DNA of 64,000 nucleotides from Spirochaetota bacterium (GTDB lineage Bacteria; Spirochaetota; UBA4802; UBA5550): NCBI GenBank assembly GCA_022709405.1, contig JAKLIV010000003.1, positions 1,883 to 65,882 of the forward strand, read 5' to 3'. Shown piece by piece: positions 63,168 to 64,000 of this stretch (position 1 is its first letter; each line of letters starts with the position of its first letter). The notes under the pieces were generated by a model. It saw only the letters and a program-made list of their open reading frames with translations, ran no database searches and was not told where the DNA came from. The position numbers and the translations under genes were made by a program.

Positions 63168-63974
63168 TCAATCCTTGAGCAATACAAGTGATGAGACAAA
63201 AGGCCTGTTGTAGGGATCTTTTTTAATAAATTTTAATACCTTTTCAAGTTGAGGATTATCAAATTTTCTAAAAATTAGTTGGGGATTCCCTGCGTCTTTA
63301 AAGGATACATGTAAAGATCTTAATACAGCATCACGCACAAAAAACAGATTAACACCATTTGAATAGAGCAAAGTGTATCCTAATTTTTTACCGAGATTAT
63401 TCATTGCCACGATACTTGCTCCACTATAATCAGTATAATCCCACATATGTGTCTTATTATACAAAACAACCTTGTCATCATTTGAACCATAACCGGAATT
63501 ATGTTCAATTACAACAAGTCGCGGCTTGAACTTAGTCAGTGCCTGCCAAATATAAAAATCATTATAGTCGATATCAATTGACAGCATGTCGAATTCAGAC
63601 GGCACATTGTATTTTTTAAACAGAGAGTTAATATTTTCACGTGTTATGAACTCCTTTCGAAGATTTATTATGAGATTTTCACAACATCCATCCATCATTA
63701 GACCGGAAAACCCTTTCTTTTCACGCAAATATCTTGTATTGCACTCAGAACCATCCCCCGTTCCAAATTCAACATAGTACTTGTTTGTTGTCCCGATTAT
63801 TTCAAAAATCTTATCAATAATGCCGTCTTCATTGTTCTGTGAGTAAATTTTCTTTCCGTAATCTCCAAGGTCAATTATTGAAGAACTTGAATCAGAGCTC
63901 TTGCAACTTACAAATAAGAAAAATGAAAAAATCAGTAAGATAAACACCCGTCTGGTAAAAATATAATTTTTCAT
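63168..63974 (-). CDS. Putative lipoprotein with FkbM/SAM-methyltransferase-like domain (family assignment tentative)
   Basis: The signal/lipobox is 'LLIFSFFLFVSCKSSDSSSS'. 'SQNNEDGIIDKIFEIIG..YYVEFGTGDGSECNTRYL..GFSGLMMDG' resembles a recurrent glycan-locus methyltransferase-like family. Confidence 0.4.
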   Translation of the reverse strand: MKNYIFTRRVFILLIFSFFLFVSCKSSDSSSSIIDLGDYGKKIYSQNNEDGIIDKIFEIIGTTNKYYVEFGTGDGSECNTRYLREKKGFSGLMMDGCCENLIINLRKEFITRENINSLFKKYNVPSEFDMLSIDIDYNDFYIWQALTKFKPRLVVIEHNSGYGSNDDKVVLYNKTHMWDYTDYSGASIVAMNNLGKKLGYTLLYSNGVNLFFVRDAVLRSLHVSFKDAGNPQLIFRKFDNPQLEKVLKFIKKDPYNRPFVSSLVLLKD

Positions 63975-64000
63975 CTAGTATCTCCTGAAATCCATACTTA

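Overview
This 64-kb window is almost entirely a mosaic surface-glycan (O-antigen or capsule-like) biosynthesis super-locus from an unidentified bacterium. Sparse Shine-Dalgarno sites, a long-form Fcl and an 'SC' lipobox hint weakly at an FCB-group-like organism.

Glycan content:
- There are at least 20 glycosyltransferase domains (GT2/GT-A, GT4, DUF616/RgpF-like and four GT-C-like membrane proteins) and at least 13 methyltransferase domains.
- A GDP-mannose hub is present: gmd plus long-form fcl plus an Rmd-like reductase.
- An amino-sugar module contains a DegT aminotransferase, an N-formyltransferase and an ATP-grasp ligase.
- Two polyprenyl-phosphate-sugar synthases are present, one of them fused to GtrA.
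- There are two LtaS/EptA-like membrane transferases, a sulfotransferase and a Wzx-like flippase.
- Two paralogous Wzt-type ABC ATPases carry different C-terminal carbohydrate-binding domains. No Wzm permease lies in the window.

Interruptions:
- An intact IS256-family element has an 8-bp target duplication.
- An IS graveyard holds an IS256 end, an IS4-like transposase tail and a methyltransferase remnant.
- A roughly 4-kb toxin-antitoxin/ATPase island (HepT-MNT, AbiEii-like pair, DUF4143 ATPase) has modules separated by copies of a ~200-bp repeat family.

Most interesting candidates:
- An 807-aa dual-GT2 enzyme whose two catalytic domains are separated by sixteen near-identical 21-bp repeats. 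This heptad helical spacer could be a length-tunable chain-length ruler.
- A classical type-I phosphoribosyltransferase fused to a HAD phosphatase, a possible PRPP-dependent ribofuranosyl-transfer enzyme of a new type.
- A sulfotransferase with a WbdD-like catalytic domain / coiled coil / amphipathic tail layout, translationally coupled to the second Wzt. It could be a sulfate chain terminator.
- An uncharacterised 360-aa GT-A-like protein.

All functional calls come from motif recognition by eye. No database search was run.
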